Shown in pieces: positions 1 through 10,890 of a DNA stretch of 64,000 nucleotides; positions within the stretch are counted from its first letter, which is position 1, and each line of letters starts with the position of its first letter. Location: positions 5,005,214-5,069,213 of the forward strand of contig MU053561.1 of NCBI GenBank assembly GCA_013239625.1, in the 5' to 3' direction. Below the pieces are notes generated by a model that saw only the letters and a list, made by a program, of their open reading frames with translations, was not told the origin of the DNA and made no database searches. Both the position numbers and the translations under genes were made by a program. The stretch comes from Lama guanicoe. Lineage: Eukaryota.

Positions 1-1675
1 TTTTAGATATTTTGGAAAATACAGACAACCACAAAAAAAAAGAGAGAAAGAGAAAGAAATACAATTCACTATAAGCCCATTATCCTGAGATAACCCCCAT
101 TAACATTTTGATGAAATCCAGAATCTTCCTATTACTTAGAAAAATCACACAATGCAGTGAGGGGCAGGAGTGCTCTGGAGACTGAGATGGTTGATGCATT
201 GGCTAGGTTAGGCCTGGAAGTTTCTGGGATTAAGTGATTCTGGAAGAATGCTGAAAGGAAGGGAAGGGTGTGATGTGGAGAACAGGAGGGAGGAGACTGC
301 TGGGCGAGCAGGGCCGAGGCTCAGAGGTGGGGTAGTGAGGACAAGCTCAGGAATCTGGTGCACCCGAGGCTTGCCTTCTCACTGGGGACCACAGTCACGG
401 CTCATCCATTATCAGTGGATCCCTGAGTTCCCTGAGACAGAAGGAGTGGCCTCTTCTTCCTAGCCAATGAGGCTGACATCCTGGAAGACCCTCTGGGGAG
501 CCCTATAACCTCACAGTGACCAGTAGACCTATTCCTGGGGGCCTGGAGTGACCCTGGGGACATCACCTGTCCCTCTTTAGCCAGTTGGCTTCCCAGTGGG
601 CAGAGCAGCAGGGACAGCTTCAACTAACGCCCTGCCTCAGGTGTGGGAAGTGTGGTCTGGCATGGCTCTAACCCTACCAGGGCAGCACTGGGCCACTCCG
701 AGAAACCCATCAGCAGCTCTGGGTGTCTCCTCAACGTGCAGGACTAGGTCCCAGCCAGTCAGGCCCTCCTCACCGATCCCTGGGTCCAGACTGCTCATGG
801 TGCGAGTGCCCCAGGGGCAGGGACCTCGTCTTGTCATTATAAGAATATTACTAACAAGCCCACATTGCCCTCATATAGCACTACTGAACCTACAGAACCC
901 TTTTGCACACACTGTCTCGTTCAATCCTCAGCAAGTCTTTGTAGGGACATTATCCCAATTCTGCAGAGAAAATTAAGCCAAGACAGAGTGAATTGCCTGA
1001 AGGTTGCACAGCAAGTACTAAAAACTTTCATTTATTTTTGTCTGTCACTTTGGGTAGACCCAAAAAGGATTTAGTTAGCTCACAAAACCTATAACATGAT
1101 TAAAAATAAATGTACAACATCAGACAAATGTGGCAAAAGGAGGAATGAAAGAAAGTCAAATGGAGTCCAGAGAGGCTGTTACCCAGCACGTAGGCCCTGC
1201 CACCCCAATGCTGCCTGGAGCAGATTCACGCTTGCCTCAAAGCATTCCAGCAGCTCTGTGAGAAGGGAAGCCTCGTCACAGAATTCTGTGTCCATGAAAT
1301 AAACACACACCAAATGCTTGGGAAAAACAAAGCTAGTCCTGCTCCTAGGACGGGGGCGGGGGGGGGGGTTGTGCACAACATCACAGGGGCAGCTCAGAGC
1401 ATGGTCTTTGAATTCCAAAACCTCATGAACACCTCTCAGCTTCCGTTTCTTTGCAAAGTGAGGGTAATCATAAGACCTCGTTCATAAGTTTGTTGTGACA
1501 CATAAATAAGGCTCTTTTGAAAAAGATTTCTAAAAACGAGTAACTGAGATAACAGACATAAAGCCCTGTCACACACTACTTAACCAGGACTCCAGGAGCA
1601 GTAGAGGAAACCAAAACGTTGGGTAATGAGGGTAGCGGGTATGATTCCCAATGAGAGACTTTCAGAAAACCAAGC

Positions 1676-1905
1676 TGGTTTGGCACAGTGGTTGAGAGGG
1701 AGGACCCTGGGGTCTGGCTGCGTGGGTTTGAGCCACATCTCCCTCCTCTTTAGAGAAGTGGACTGGTTAACATCTTTGTGAATATCTCTGCGCTTGCTTC
1801 TTCATCTGTAAAATGTGGGTGAGAATACTCCCTACTCCGTAAACACAGAGCTCTTAGCCAAGTGCCCGGCACACAGCAAGCGCTCAGTGAAGGCGAGCCA
1901 TGAGC
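1676..1905 (+). mobile_element. MIR SINE
   Basis: gcacagtggttgagag...ttcttcatctgtaaaatg...gtgcccggcacacagcaagcgctcagt. Confidence 0.75.
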
Positions 1906-4900
1906 AGTATCTTGCAGGCTCCTCCTGGTCCTCGTCCTCATTGAGGGAGACGCAGGAGTCTCTGGAATCCAGGGCTCTCGACTTCCCACCGCCACCATCG
2001 GTCTTACTGATGTGCTTGTCCCCTGTAGCCCTTAACCCTGGGCTCCATCTAGTAGGTACTCAATTTTTCCAGGTGGAATGAAACTGGAAAGTGAGAGAAA
2101 GGGATTCCAAAGTGGCCTAGGAGTTGGAAAAACTCCATCTAACATCAACTGGGCCTCACAGCCTTTCCAAGCCTCCATTTTCTGATCTATAAAACGAGAA
2201 GGGATCTTTGTCATATCCAAGGTCCCCTGGGCTCTTAACGTTGATTATCACCGAGAGGTCTTAACTTTCAAACTACTAATTGCAGAAATGGCAGAAGGTA
2301 CTTGGCTAGGAATTCTATAAAGAGACCCAGTTCCCATCTTAGTCTCCAAGAAGAGGGTGGACTAGAACACAGTTGCGGGTGCTTTGCAGAGCCATGGAGG
2401 GTGTGGATGGGTGGTAATGAATGCTGGTTTTTAGGAGCCATCCCAAGTCCTGGAATCTGTGATTTCCCATTGCCTGGCCTAATGGGAAGGGGCCTGGGTT
2501 GGCTTGGGAACAGCCTACCTCCCTGAGGAAGAGTGGCCTCAGCTGACACAGACAGGAGATGCTGAGGTCTGGTGTGAGAGGGGAGGCAGATGGGGGTGGA
2601 GGAGGGAGGAAGAGGGGAGAGAGGAAATGCTGGCCGCTGTGTGGGAGGCCAGGAAAAGCTGGGCTGTGACTTGGCACCTGAGAGGTGGGGAGGTCCAGGG
2701 AGCAGCAGCAGCACACCAGGAATAGTAGGAACCCTGGGGACGTCCAGCCTGGGGGGCTGAGGCTGGGCTGGGCCAGGGGTGTGGCCTTGCCTTGGTGCCA
2801 GGCTGGCCTTTCCCTGAGCCTGGGGGCTGTCCAGGCTCATCCAGTGCCCAGAGGCAGTTCCTCTCGGAGAGAGAGGGAAGGACTTGAAAGAACTCCTGCC
2901 AGGAGCTCAGGCAGCATAGCCGTGGCCCTGGCAAAGGAGCAGGCAGAAGCTTCGGCTCCACCACCCTCTCCTCTCCAACCCTGGTGGGGGGCTGCCTCCC
3001 AGCCCGAGCCTCCCTCTTTGTGTCTGCCACTCTGCACTTGGTGCCTGGGAGAGGGAATAACCATTAGTGTCACCTGCTCACCAGCGGGAGACATTAGCTG
3101 GCTCTGGCAGAACACGCAGCCTATAATTTTTGGAGGAGTTACAATAATGGAGCTAATTTGGTGTTTCATCATCACGCTCCTGGGTGAGCAGAGGGGGAAG
3201 GGAGGCCCAGGGTCTGGTTCAGAACCACCTTCCAGCACAGAGCTTTGTACTTCCACGGGCATCTTTAGGGGTCCTGGAGCCATGCTCCCCACTCCCGGGC
3301 CCTCCTCTCCCACCAGTAGCTCCTCCTTCCAGAGATGGATGGTCAGAATGCAGCATGGAGACAGCTGAGGCCAGGCTTGGCCAGCTGCCAATGCAGCTCC
3401 ACAGCAGGACAATGCAGGAAGGGGCCTGAGAGTTTGAGGACATGGATAAAGAGCCTGCTCTGCCCTCGACACCATACAACGGGGCTTAAGCACACACACT
3501 CGTTCACCTTCGGTTAACCCCATTTTGCAGATGAGAAAGTGAGGCCATGGGAACAAAACCTTCATTTGACAGTGGAGGAAACCGCAGCTCAAGGAGGCCC
3601 CGGGATGCACCCGAGACCACACCACCGGTTGGTAGTAGAGCTAGAATTTGAACCTAGGCCTCCTGGCTCTGAGTTCAGTGTCACCTCTAAGTTTATCCTT
3701 TTGCTGGGAACACCTGAGCTGGAGCTTGGCGCCCAAGAAGACCCACAGGTGCTTTCCTGAAACCCACTTGTTGAAGACACTGCTGGGTGAGGAGGCCCAG
3801 GGCTGGGAGGAAAGAAAGAGGCAGCCTGTAAGCCAGCATGCTTCCCACGGGCCTTGAAGCCAGGAGCTGTGGCCTCTGAAACCCAGCCTGGAAGAGGTCC
3901 TTGCTCCCACCCTCTATTGAGGAACACTCCTGCCCCTCCTTCTCCTCTTGCTGACTGTAACATCCACAGGGCATACTGGCCCCTCAGCCCGCCAGGTGGC
4001 CTTTGGAGGGGACACCCAGTGGGTGCAGGGCCACTGCCTGCCCCAATATGGCAGGAGAATAAGAGGTTTACAAACAGATTATATGTTTGCTGCACATAAA
4101 TCTTGATTTTTTCCACTAGCACCTGGCAAAGTCTTCCTTGTGGTTTCCTCATAAACCTCCAAATCAGGGGCTCAGCAGCTGCCCAGCCACCTCGAGGATA
4201 GCTGATGCTGTCAGAGAGGGTCAGGCAAGTTCAATAACGCTCACGGTTACGCAGCTTGAAAGCAGCAGAGCAGGGATTGGACATGTGACCTCTGGACACA
4301 TGACTGGGGTTGTCTTGCTCTGATCCACAAGGACCCCACACCAAAGGAGTGAATCCCGAGATACCTCGACACCTGCAGCTCTCCCCAGAGGCCCATGGGG
4401 ACGGCAAACCATCGCCCCAGCTCAAGAACTAAGGAAGCAAGAAAACCAAAGTGAGGAAAATAACTCCAACTCTGCAGGAGACAGACGGAGACACTTTACC
4501 TGCCCAACATTTCTTCATGAAGGGTTTCCTCCTTCCAGTCCTGGTGTCTGCACCCCAGAGAAGCCCAGGTAGGAAGGTCTGTGCAAAGAGAGCCCATCTC
4601 CTTCCCCTGCTGGACTCCTCCTCCAACCTTCTTCCATGAGGCAGTGTCCCCTGGAGCAACTCAGCACTTGGTGAGGCGATGATGTCCAGGCGCCCTTCAC
4701 GAGGAACGGCTGGCCCAGGCCAGGATGCCGGCACCGGGGGTTGCAGTGAACAGGAGGTGGGTCCCCTCGCAGTCTGTAACATGGGCTGACATCATGCACT
4801 TGACCCTTTTCAAGAGGAATCAGACTGGGGCAGGCAGAGGGAAGCAAAGACTCTAAGCCTCAGAGATGTCCTCTTTAGTGCTTCTCGCTTCCAGAACATG

Positions 4901-5338
4901 GAGAAATTTTGCTTTCAAAACCCACACAGGTCCTTAGCCTGCATGAGCCTCCATAAACAGGGGCAGAAGGTGGGTGGAGTGGAGCACAATTGCAGAGGAG
5001 GCTGGGTGACACGGTGGAGAAGAGCGAGACTTTCAGAGTCAGCAGACGGGAGTCCAAGTCCAGAAGCGGTTGATCACTGTGGGACCCTAGGCGATCACTT
5101 AACCTCTATGAACCTCAACATGGCAATAATTGTGGGTTTCTCGGAGGAATGCTGTATGAACGAAATGAATTAAGTAGAGTATGTTAAGTACCCAGCCTGG
5201 CCTGTACAAACAAGTAGATGTCCCCTGTTAGTCCCCTTCACTCTTGACTTTGGCTTTGATCAAAAAAAAATAAGCAGAAGAAACTTCAAAACCCTAACCA
5301 GAGTGTGTTGCTCAACTGATTCTTCTAACTCCACAAGG

Positions 5339-5479
5339 CTGTGGTTCTCAGTTCCTAAGACTTCCCTGGAGGGCTTGTTAAAACGCACCAGTAAGGGTGG
5401 GCCCATTAATTTGTATTTCTGACAAGTTCCAGGTGACGCTGACCCTACTGGTCAGAGAACCACACTTGGAGAACCACCG
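5339..5479. mobile_element. MER5-type hAT-Charlie DNA transposon fossil
   Basis: Ends ctgtggttctca and gagaaccaccg, with internal ctggagggcttgttaaaac and gtatttctgacaagttccaggtga. Confidence 0.75.
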
Positions 5480-5799
5480 CAATAAGGCATATTTACAGAA
5501 TGGTGGCAGGTATCTTTAAAACACTGTCCAGTTTTCTTAAACCCTCTAAATGTGGGTGAGGCACCTTCTGCTAAAACTTAGCTATGCAGCGTGCCTGAGG
5601 TGTGTAGGGCAAAGGTGAAGGGCAAGAGCGTGCCTGTGCTCCAGGTGCCCAGCTTGGCTTTGACCCACTGGAATCCTGCTTGCACCTAACAAAGGAGAGG
5701 GGGCAACAGTGCCTGGCAACACTGATATTGAGTGACTTTGGTCAGAGAGACTCCAAAAAAGTCTGGTCCAGGACAACCTCGGAATCTCCTTGTTTGCCT

Positions 5800-5980
5800 T
5801 ATGTTACAAACTGAGGGTACGTAAGAATCACCTGGGAAGCCTGTCAATCATTCACATCCAGGCCCCACCGTCAGAGATTCTGATTCCATAGACCTTGGGC
5901 CCAGCTCAAGAGTCAAGCCCCCACCTCCCCATGTGATTCTAATGCAGGAGATGTCCAGCCCTCACGCTGAGGAACACCTT
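5800..5980. mobile_element. MER5-type DNA transposon fossil
   Basis: agaatcacctggg...ggccccacc...cagagattctgattc...gtgattctaatgca. Confidence 0.65.
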
Positions 5981-6121
5981 ATTAGATGCCACCATGAGCT
6001 GTTACCCACATCTCATTACCCACAGGGACCCTACCGGACAGACCCGAGGCTGAAGTTAAGCAAGGACCCACGCCAATCCTTTTCACCACCTTCTAACCAG
6101 GTGTACCCCACAAAACGACGT

Positions 6122-7340
6122 TGCTCGTTAATTCAACAAGTAATGCTGGACATGTGTTATGCATGTGTTATTTACCCGGCACTGTGCTCAATCCTGAAAA
6201 TACAGTTGTGAGTAAAATACAGGGCAGGGACCAGGGTAAGGTAAGCAAGGCCCCATGGGGCAGAATTTAAGGAGGCATTCGCTCCCGGAGGCACACATGA
6301 ACCTAAATGTGAGGGCCTCCACCACCTTTGCTTTTGTACCCCGGGCACCTGGTTGGCTCTGCCCGAGTCCTGGACCTGGTAAAACAGACTCCGTCCCTGT
6401 CCTTCAGGAACACACAGTCTGGAGCAGGCGGTGTGGCTTTGGAGGAAGTGGCCTGAAGGATGGATGAACACCTGTCCTGTGAAGAGTTGGGAAAGAATGA
6501 TCAAGCAGAGGGAGCAGAATGTGTAAATTCCCCGGGGGCAGAAAGAACCTGGAACACTTGAGCTGAAAGAGCCTGAGGGACTAATGCGTAGTGAGGAGGC
6601 AAAGGGTTGAGCCCTGATCATGCAGGACCCTGTAGGTCTCGATAAGGGTTTTGGCTTTTCTTCTACCGCAAGGGGAAGCCACTGGAAGGTTTTAAACAGA
6701 GAAGTGACATGATCCATCTTACAGTTTTGGAAGAGCTTTCTGGCTGCTGTGTGGAAAGTGGGGACAGGAGGACAGAGGGAAGCAAGGTGGGGGGAGGCCG
6801 TTAGGAGGCTGTGGCCTGCGGGCAGGTGAGAGGTGACTTTGCCCTCTGTGTGGCACTGGAGACGGAGAGAGGTGGGTAGACTCAAGATTGAATCTGGAGG
6901 TAGAATTGACAGGGCTTGGTGATGAACTGAATGCAAAGGAGAAAGGAAGGCAGGCATTAGCAATGAGGTCTTGTTCCCGCCTGGAAAAACTGGACGGATG
7001 GAGGGGCCATTTCCTGAGTTGGGGAAAGCAACAAAAATGTCAATGGAAGCTCCAGGTTCCAGTTGCGATTTCTGTGAGATGCCAGACTGGGCTGTCATGT
7101 TGGACACAGGAGTCCGGAGTCTAGAGGAGAGGTCTGTGAAGGGGCCATGAATTCGGGGGTCAGGAGCATGGGGATGGGCGTTAGCATTATGCTTGGGTGA
7201 GGAGAGGAATGTTAGAACCCACTGCTTAGAGGCAGGGATGTGAGGAGGGTCCAGAAGAGACTGGGAAGGAGTAAGGGGAGAGGTGGGAGGAGAACTGAAA
7301 GAAGAGGATGCTTCAAGAGCAGGATGGGCAACTCTCTGAA
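6122..7340 (-). mobile_element. LINE-2 3' fragment
   Basis: L2 3' terminus (attcaacaag...ggcactgtgct) at the left. Minus-strand peptide TAARKLFQNCKMDHVTSLFKTFQWLP resembles the L2 ORF2 C-terminal AAARL...DHITPLL..LHWLP motif. Confidence 0.8.
6220..6378. mobile_element. Non-autonomous hAT DNA transposon (MER96-like MITE) nested in L2
   Basis: Imperfect terminal inverted repeats CAGGGCAGGGACCAGGG / CAGGTCCAGGACTCGGG (reverse complement), 12 of 17 identical. 8-bp flanks GTAAAATA (6212-19) and GTAAAACA (6379-86). Confidence 0.75.
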
Positions 7341-8974
7341 AGGCCACAAAGAGGTTCTTCACAGAGCAGCCTCACCACAGCAAGACCCAGAGGTCTGGCG
7401 CATCTGCAGCAGGGGCGCAGGTGAAGACCTAAACCTTCGGGTCAGCAAAGACACAGAGCAGTGAAAGCCCCCGGGGTTCAAGCACGAGTCCTGGGCTGGG
7501 ACCAAAGCCCTGCCTGTTGGGACCCCTAAGGCACCTGTTTGCAGAAAAGGCCCTCCAGAGAGCAGACTACCCTCCGCTGAGCTGCCCGCGCTCTCCAGGG
7601 GAAACTGACAGCTGTTTGACAGGCGCACGGCAGGACCACTTGAGGCAAGAAATGAAGACAGATTCTCATCATTAACGCCATTAATGTGCCATTTACTCCT
7701 CTCATTAGTGAAGATGCCAGTGGATGGCCCAGAGTGGAGGTGAGGTCCTCGGGCCTGGCCTCTCACAGACAAGCACCCCTGGAGCAGACTTGACAGCTTG
7801 ACCAGGCGTTGCCTCCATCTCTTCTAGAACTCCTCCAAACTCTGCTCTTCTCAAACTCCTTCCACCCCCTCACAGCCCCTCTCACTCTCCGCCCACCTTT
7901 TAAAAAGTCATTACGGAGAAATCTGCACCTCCCAGTGTGATTCTGACTCAACAGATATTTGCCCAAAAGTAATGGTGCATGTGAAACACTAAGCCTGTTT
8001 TCAAGGGCAGGTTCATGAAGGAGAGGTTATGAAAAAGTTTTCTAAATAAAACCATCTGTTTCCCTGAAGATGCTCAGATAGAGAAACACTGGCCTCCCGC
8101 TGACATGCTGTAGTCTTTCAAGGGGTTCTCTGGGACCAAACCCACCTCGAGGACCTCACCCACTTCCTCCTGCATCTCCACACTCCCCGAGCGCTAGAGG
8201 GGCCCCCTCTTCTGCACGGGCCGGTCCCAGGCTCTCAGTGTCCACACCACAGGCTGCAGCTGGAGTCTATGGAGTTCGTTTAAGGAGCTTCAATTCTGCT
8301 AGATCACTTATTCATAATGCTGCAAAGCCCTTGGGGCAGAACGCACTTGAGAGAAAGAGCAGGCATGGAAGTCAGAAGAAACAGAACCTGCCCCAACTCC
8401 CAGCAGGGAGCCCACGTGGCACAACAGACACAGCCGGCCCTCCCACCCCGGCCACCCCCGGCGTCGTCCTCGTGCCCTGGAAGCCCAGGCCTGAGGAGGA
8501 GCGGGGAACAGCCCACATCAGCCAGGCCCGGCTGCTCACAGCAGGAGCCCCCTCTCAGCACCCCAGGAAGGAGCATCCACCCCCTCGACTCCCCTCTCCC
8601 AACAGAGAGTTGAGCAGCCGTGGGGGTGCAGGGAGGGTGGGGTGTCACTCTCCGCTCTCCTCCACTGCAGGCCCCCCGCCCCAGCCACTGGGCCACCAGA
8701 TCCTGATTTTTTAATCAGATGTGCCTTGCCTTGCTTCAGGGCATTTGTAACACCTGTCCCTAGGCCATGAGACCCAGGGACGTGCCCCAAGCCAGACCAG
8801 AGGAGTGAGGGGAGGTGACCCAAGAGGAGGGAATGGACAGCTGGCCTGGAAAGATGAGTGTTGACCGGTAGTCAGAGGTAGGGAGAGGTTATTTCAGGTG
8901 GTGGAAAGAACAGGATGAAGGCATGAGGTGTGAAAGAACCTGCAGGGTTTGGGGAGAGGGAGTCATAGAGAGGT

Positions 8975-9180
8975 AGGCCGGGGCAGTGGCTAAAACTGTG
9001 GGCTCTGGAGCCTGGCTGCCTGGGGTCACATCCCAGCTCTGCCACTTAGTAGCTGTGTGTTGGGCCAGTGGCTCAGCCTCTCTGTACTCCAGCGTCCCCA
9101 CATAGAAAATGGAGACAATAATTGCACCATTTCATAAGGCTTTGGTGAAGAGCTTGATACACATGAGCACGTAGGACTGG
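8975..9180 (+). mobile_element. MIR SINE
   Basis: ggctctggagcc...cccagctctgccacttagtagctgtgt...aaaatggagacaataat follows the MIR core. Confidence 0.8.
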
Positions 9181-10659
9181 ATGGCCCATATAGGGCGCCT
9201 GGACCAGAATGGTTGGTAAGAAGGGCAAGGGCCAAATCATGGAGAGACTTGAACACTCGATTCCGTGGCTAAGTGATGTTCAAGCTGGCTCCTGGAAGCT
9301 CCAAAGAGGCCAGCTGAGGGATGGAAGATGGCTCTGGGTGTCCCATCTCTGAGCCACTTTTCATCTCGTATATAGTTGGACTTCTAGTAATCCTTCATCT
9401 GAAGAGATCTTCAACTACAAGTTAAGTTTGGAATGCAGAGCCATTGAAGGATTTTGAGCAGGCGAACAACCCCCTGTTCACATCTATCCCCCTGTTCAGG
9501 AGGATAGATCGGAGGGGTGGGTGGAGGGAGTTAGAAAGCTGGGAGGTTCAGGCAAGAGATGGTGCGGTTGAGCTAAGGGAGCTCTGAGGGGAGAAGCAGA
9601 GCAGGCCTGGGTCTGGGGACTCTTAACGGGCAGAACAGTATGGCTGGGTAACTGACTGTTACTGTGTGTGGAGGCTCCCCGAGGGGAGGAAGCTGGGATC
9701 CTTTCGGTTTCCACCCCCACCCCAGCCTGGGCCATCCATTCTCTGCAAGTCTGCTGAGGTCCTGCTTTGCTCAGGGAATAAAATCCAAACATCTTTCAGG
9801 ATCTCTGAGACCTGGTCCTGCCTCCCTTCCCCGCTGTATCCCAGCTCAGCAGCTGCCTCTCACCTCTCCGTGCCAGGCCCATGCTGTGCCCTGCTGTCCC
9901 CTCTGCCAATGCCCTCCTCCCTCCTGGCAGGTCATCTCCTCCCTCTCTCAGGTCTGATGCTCCCCCACCTGCACTTCTGCCCTGCCCCTGCCCCGCCCCT
10001 ACTCGCTCCCCTCTGTCACAAGCCCGGTTCACTCAGCACCCTCAGAGCCTCTCCTGCTTTATTTTTGTCTCCTCCCTCCCCCAGAATACAGACTCCTGGA
10101 GTGCTGGGTCTTTATCTCACCGCTACTGTCTCTCCGTATTTGCGAATGTTAAGTAGGCGGATAATGAACGAGTGACACACCTGGAGATGGTCTCTGGTGT
10201 GGGCGTCTGGGTGGAAGGTGACACTGTGGACTTAGTGGGAAATAGGGGCTAAAGAGCAGGTGTAGAGACATCTCCTGTCACCTGCAGGGTCAAAGGCAAA
10301 CTGCCAACCTCATCTGGGCTGCTCTCAGCGCCCACCTCCACGTGGCCCTCTAGGCACATGGAACCTGCATGGCCTCCTCTGTGTCCTTATGTGCCTGCTG
10401 ACCCCCTGCCTGGAATGTACTCGTTTCCTCTGCTGTAAACTCCTTTTACTCACCTTGCCAGATCCTATCGAATATTACCCCGTCTGCGAAACCTCCCTTG
10501 AAATCCCCCCTCTACCTCCCACGTCTTGTCCATGCCTCTCTGGCAGCACTAATCAAGCCAGAAACCACTGCTTTCCTATGGGCCTTTCTCTCTCCTGCCC
10601 TTGCCCCAAGGCTGAGCTCCTGAGAGTAGCAGTCGTTATGAGGGTAATTGCTGTAACAG

Positions 10660-10890
10660 GAATAGCAGCTGACACTTCCTGAGCATGTACTCAGTGCCAG
10701 GCACTGTGCTAAGCACTTTGCACAAATTACTTCATTTAATCTCTACTTAACAACCCTAAGAGGTAGGTACCCATTTCACAGATTAGAAAACCCAGACAAT
10801 GAAAGGATTAAAGTAAATCACATTCATAAACGGCAGAGCTAGAACCTGGACCCAGAGCTGCCTGGCCCCCAGTCTGTATGCTCAACCATT
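10660..10890 (-). mobile_element. MIR SINE
   Basis: gtgccaggcactgtgctaagcacttt...catttaatc...cccatttcacagat. Confidence 0.78.

Noticed and set aside
1352..1368. G-run as a functional G-quadruplex
   Set aside because: Simple homopolymer-like tract without supporting context.
2268..4152. Overlapping long ORFs (187-262 aa) on both strands
   Set aside because: GC-rich intron, Pro/Gly/Ser-biased peptides with no recognisable domain, partly crossing a MIR; expected by chance.
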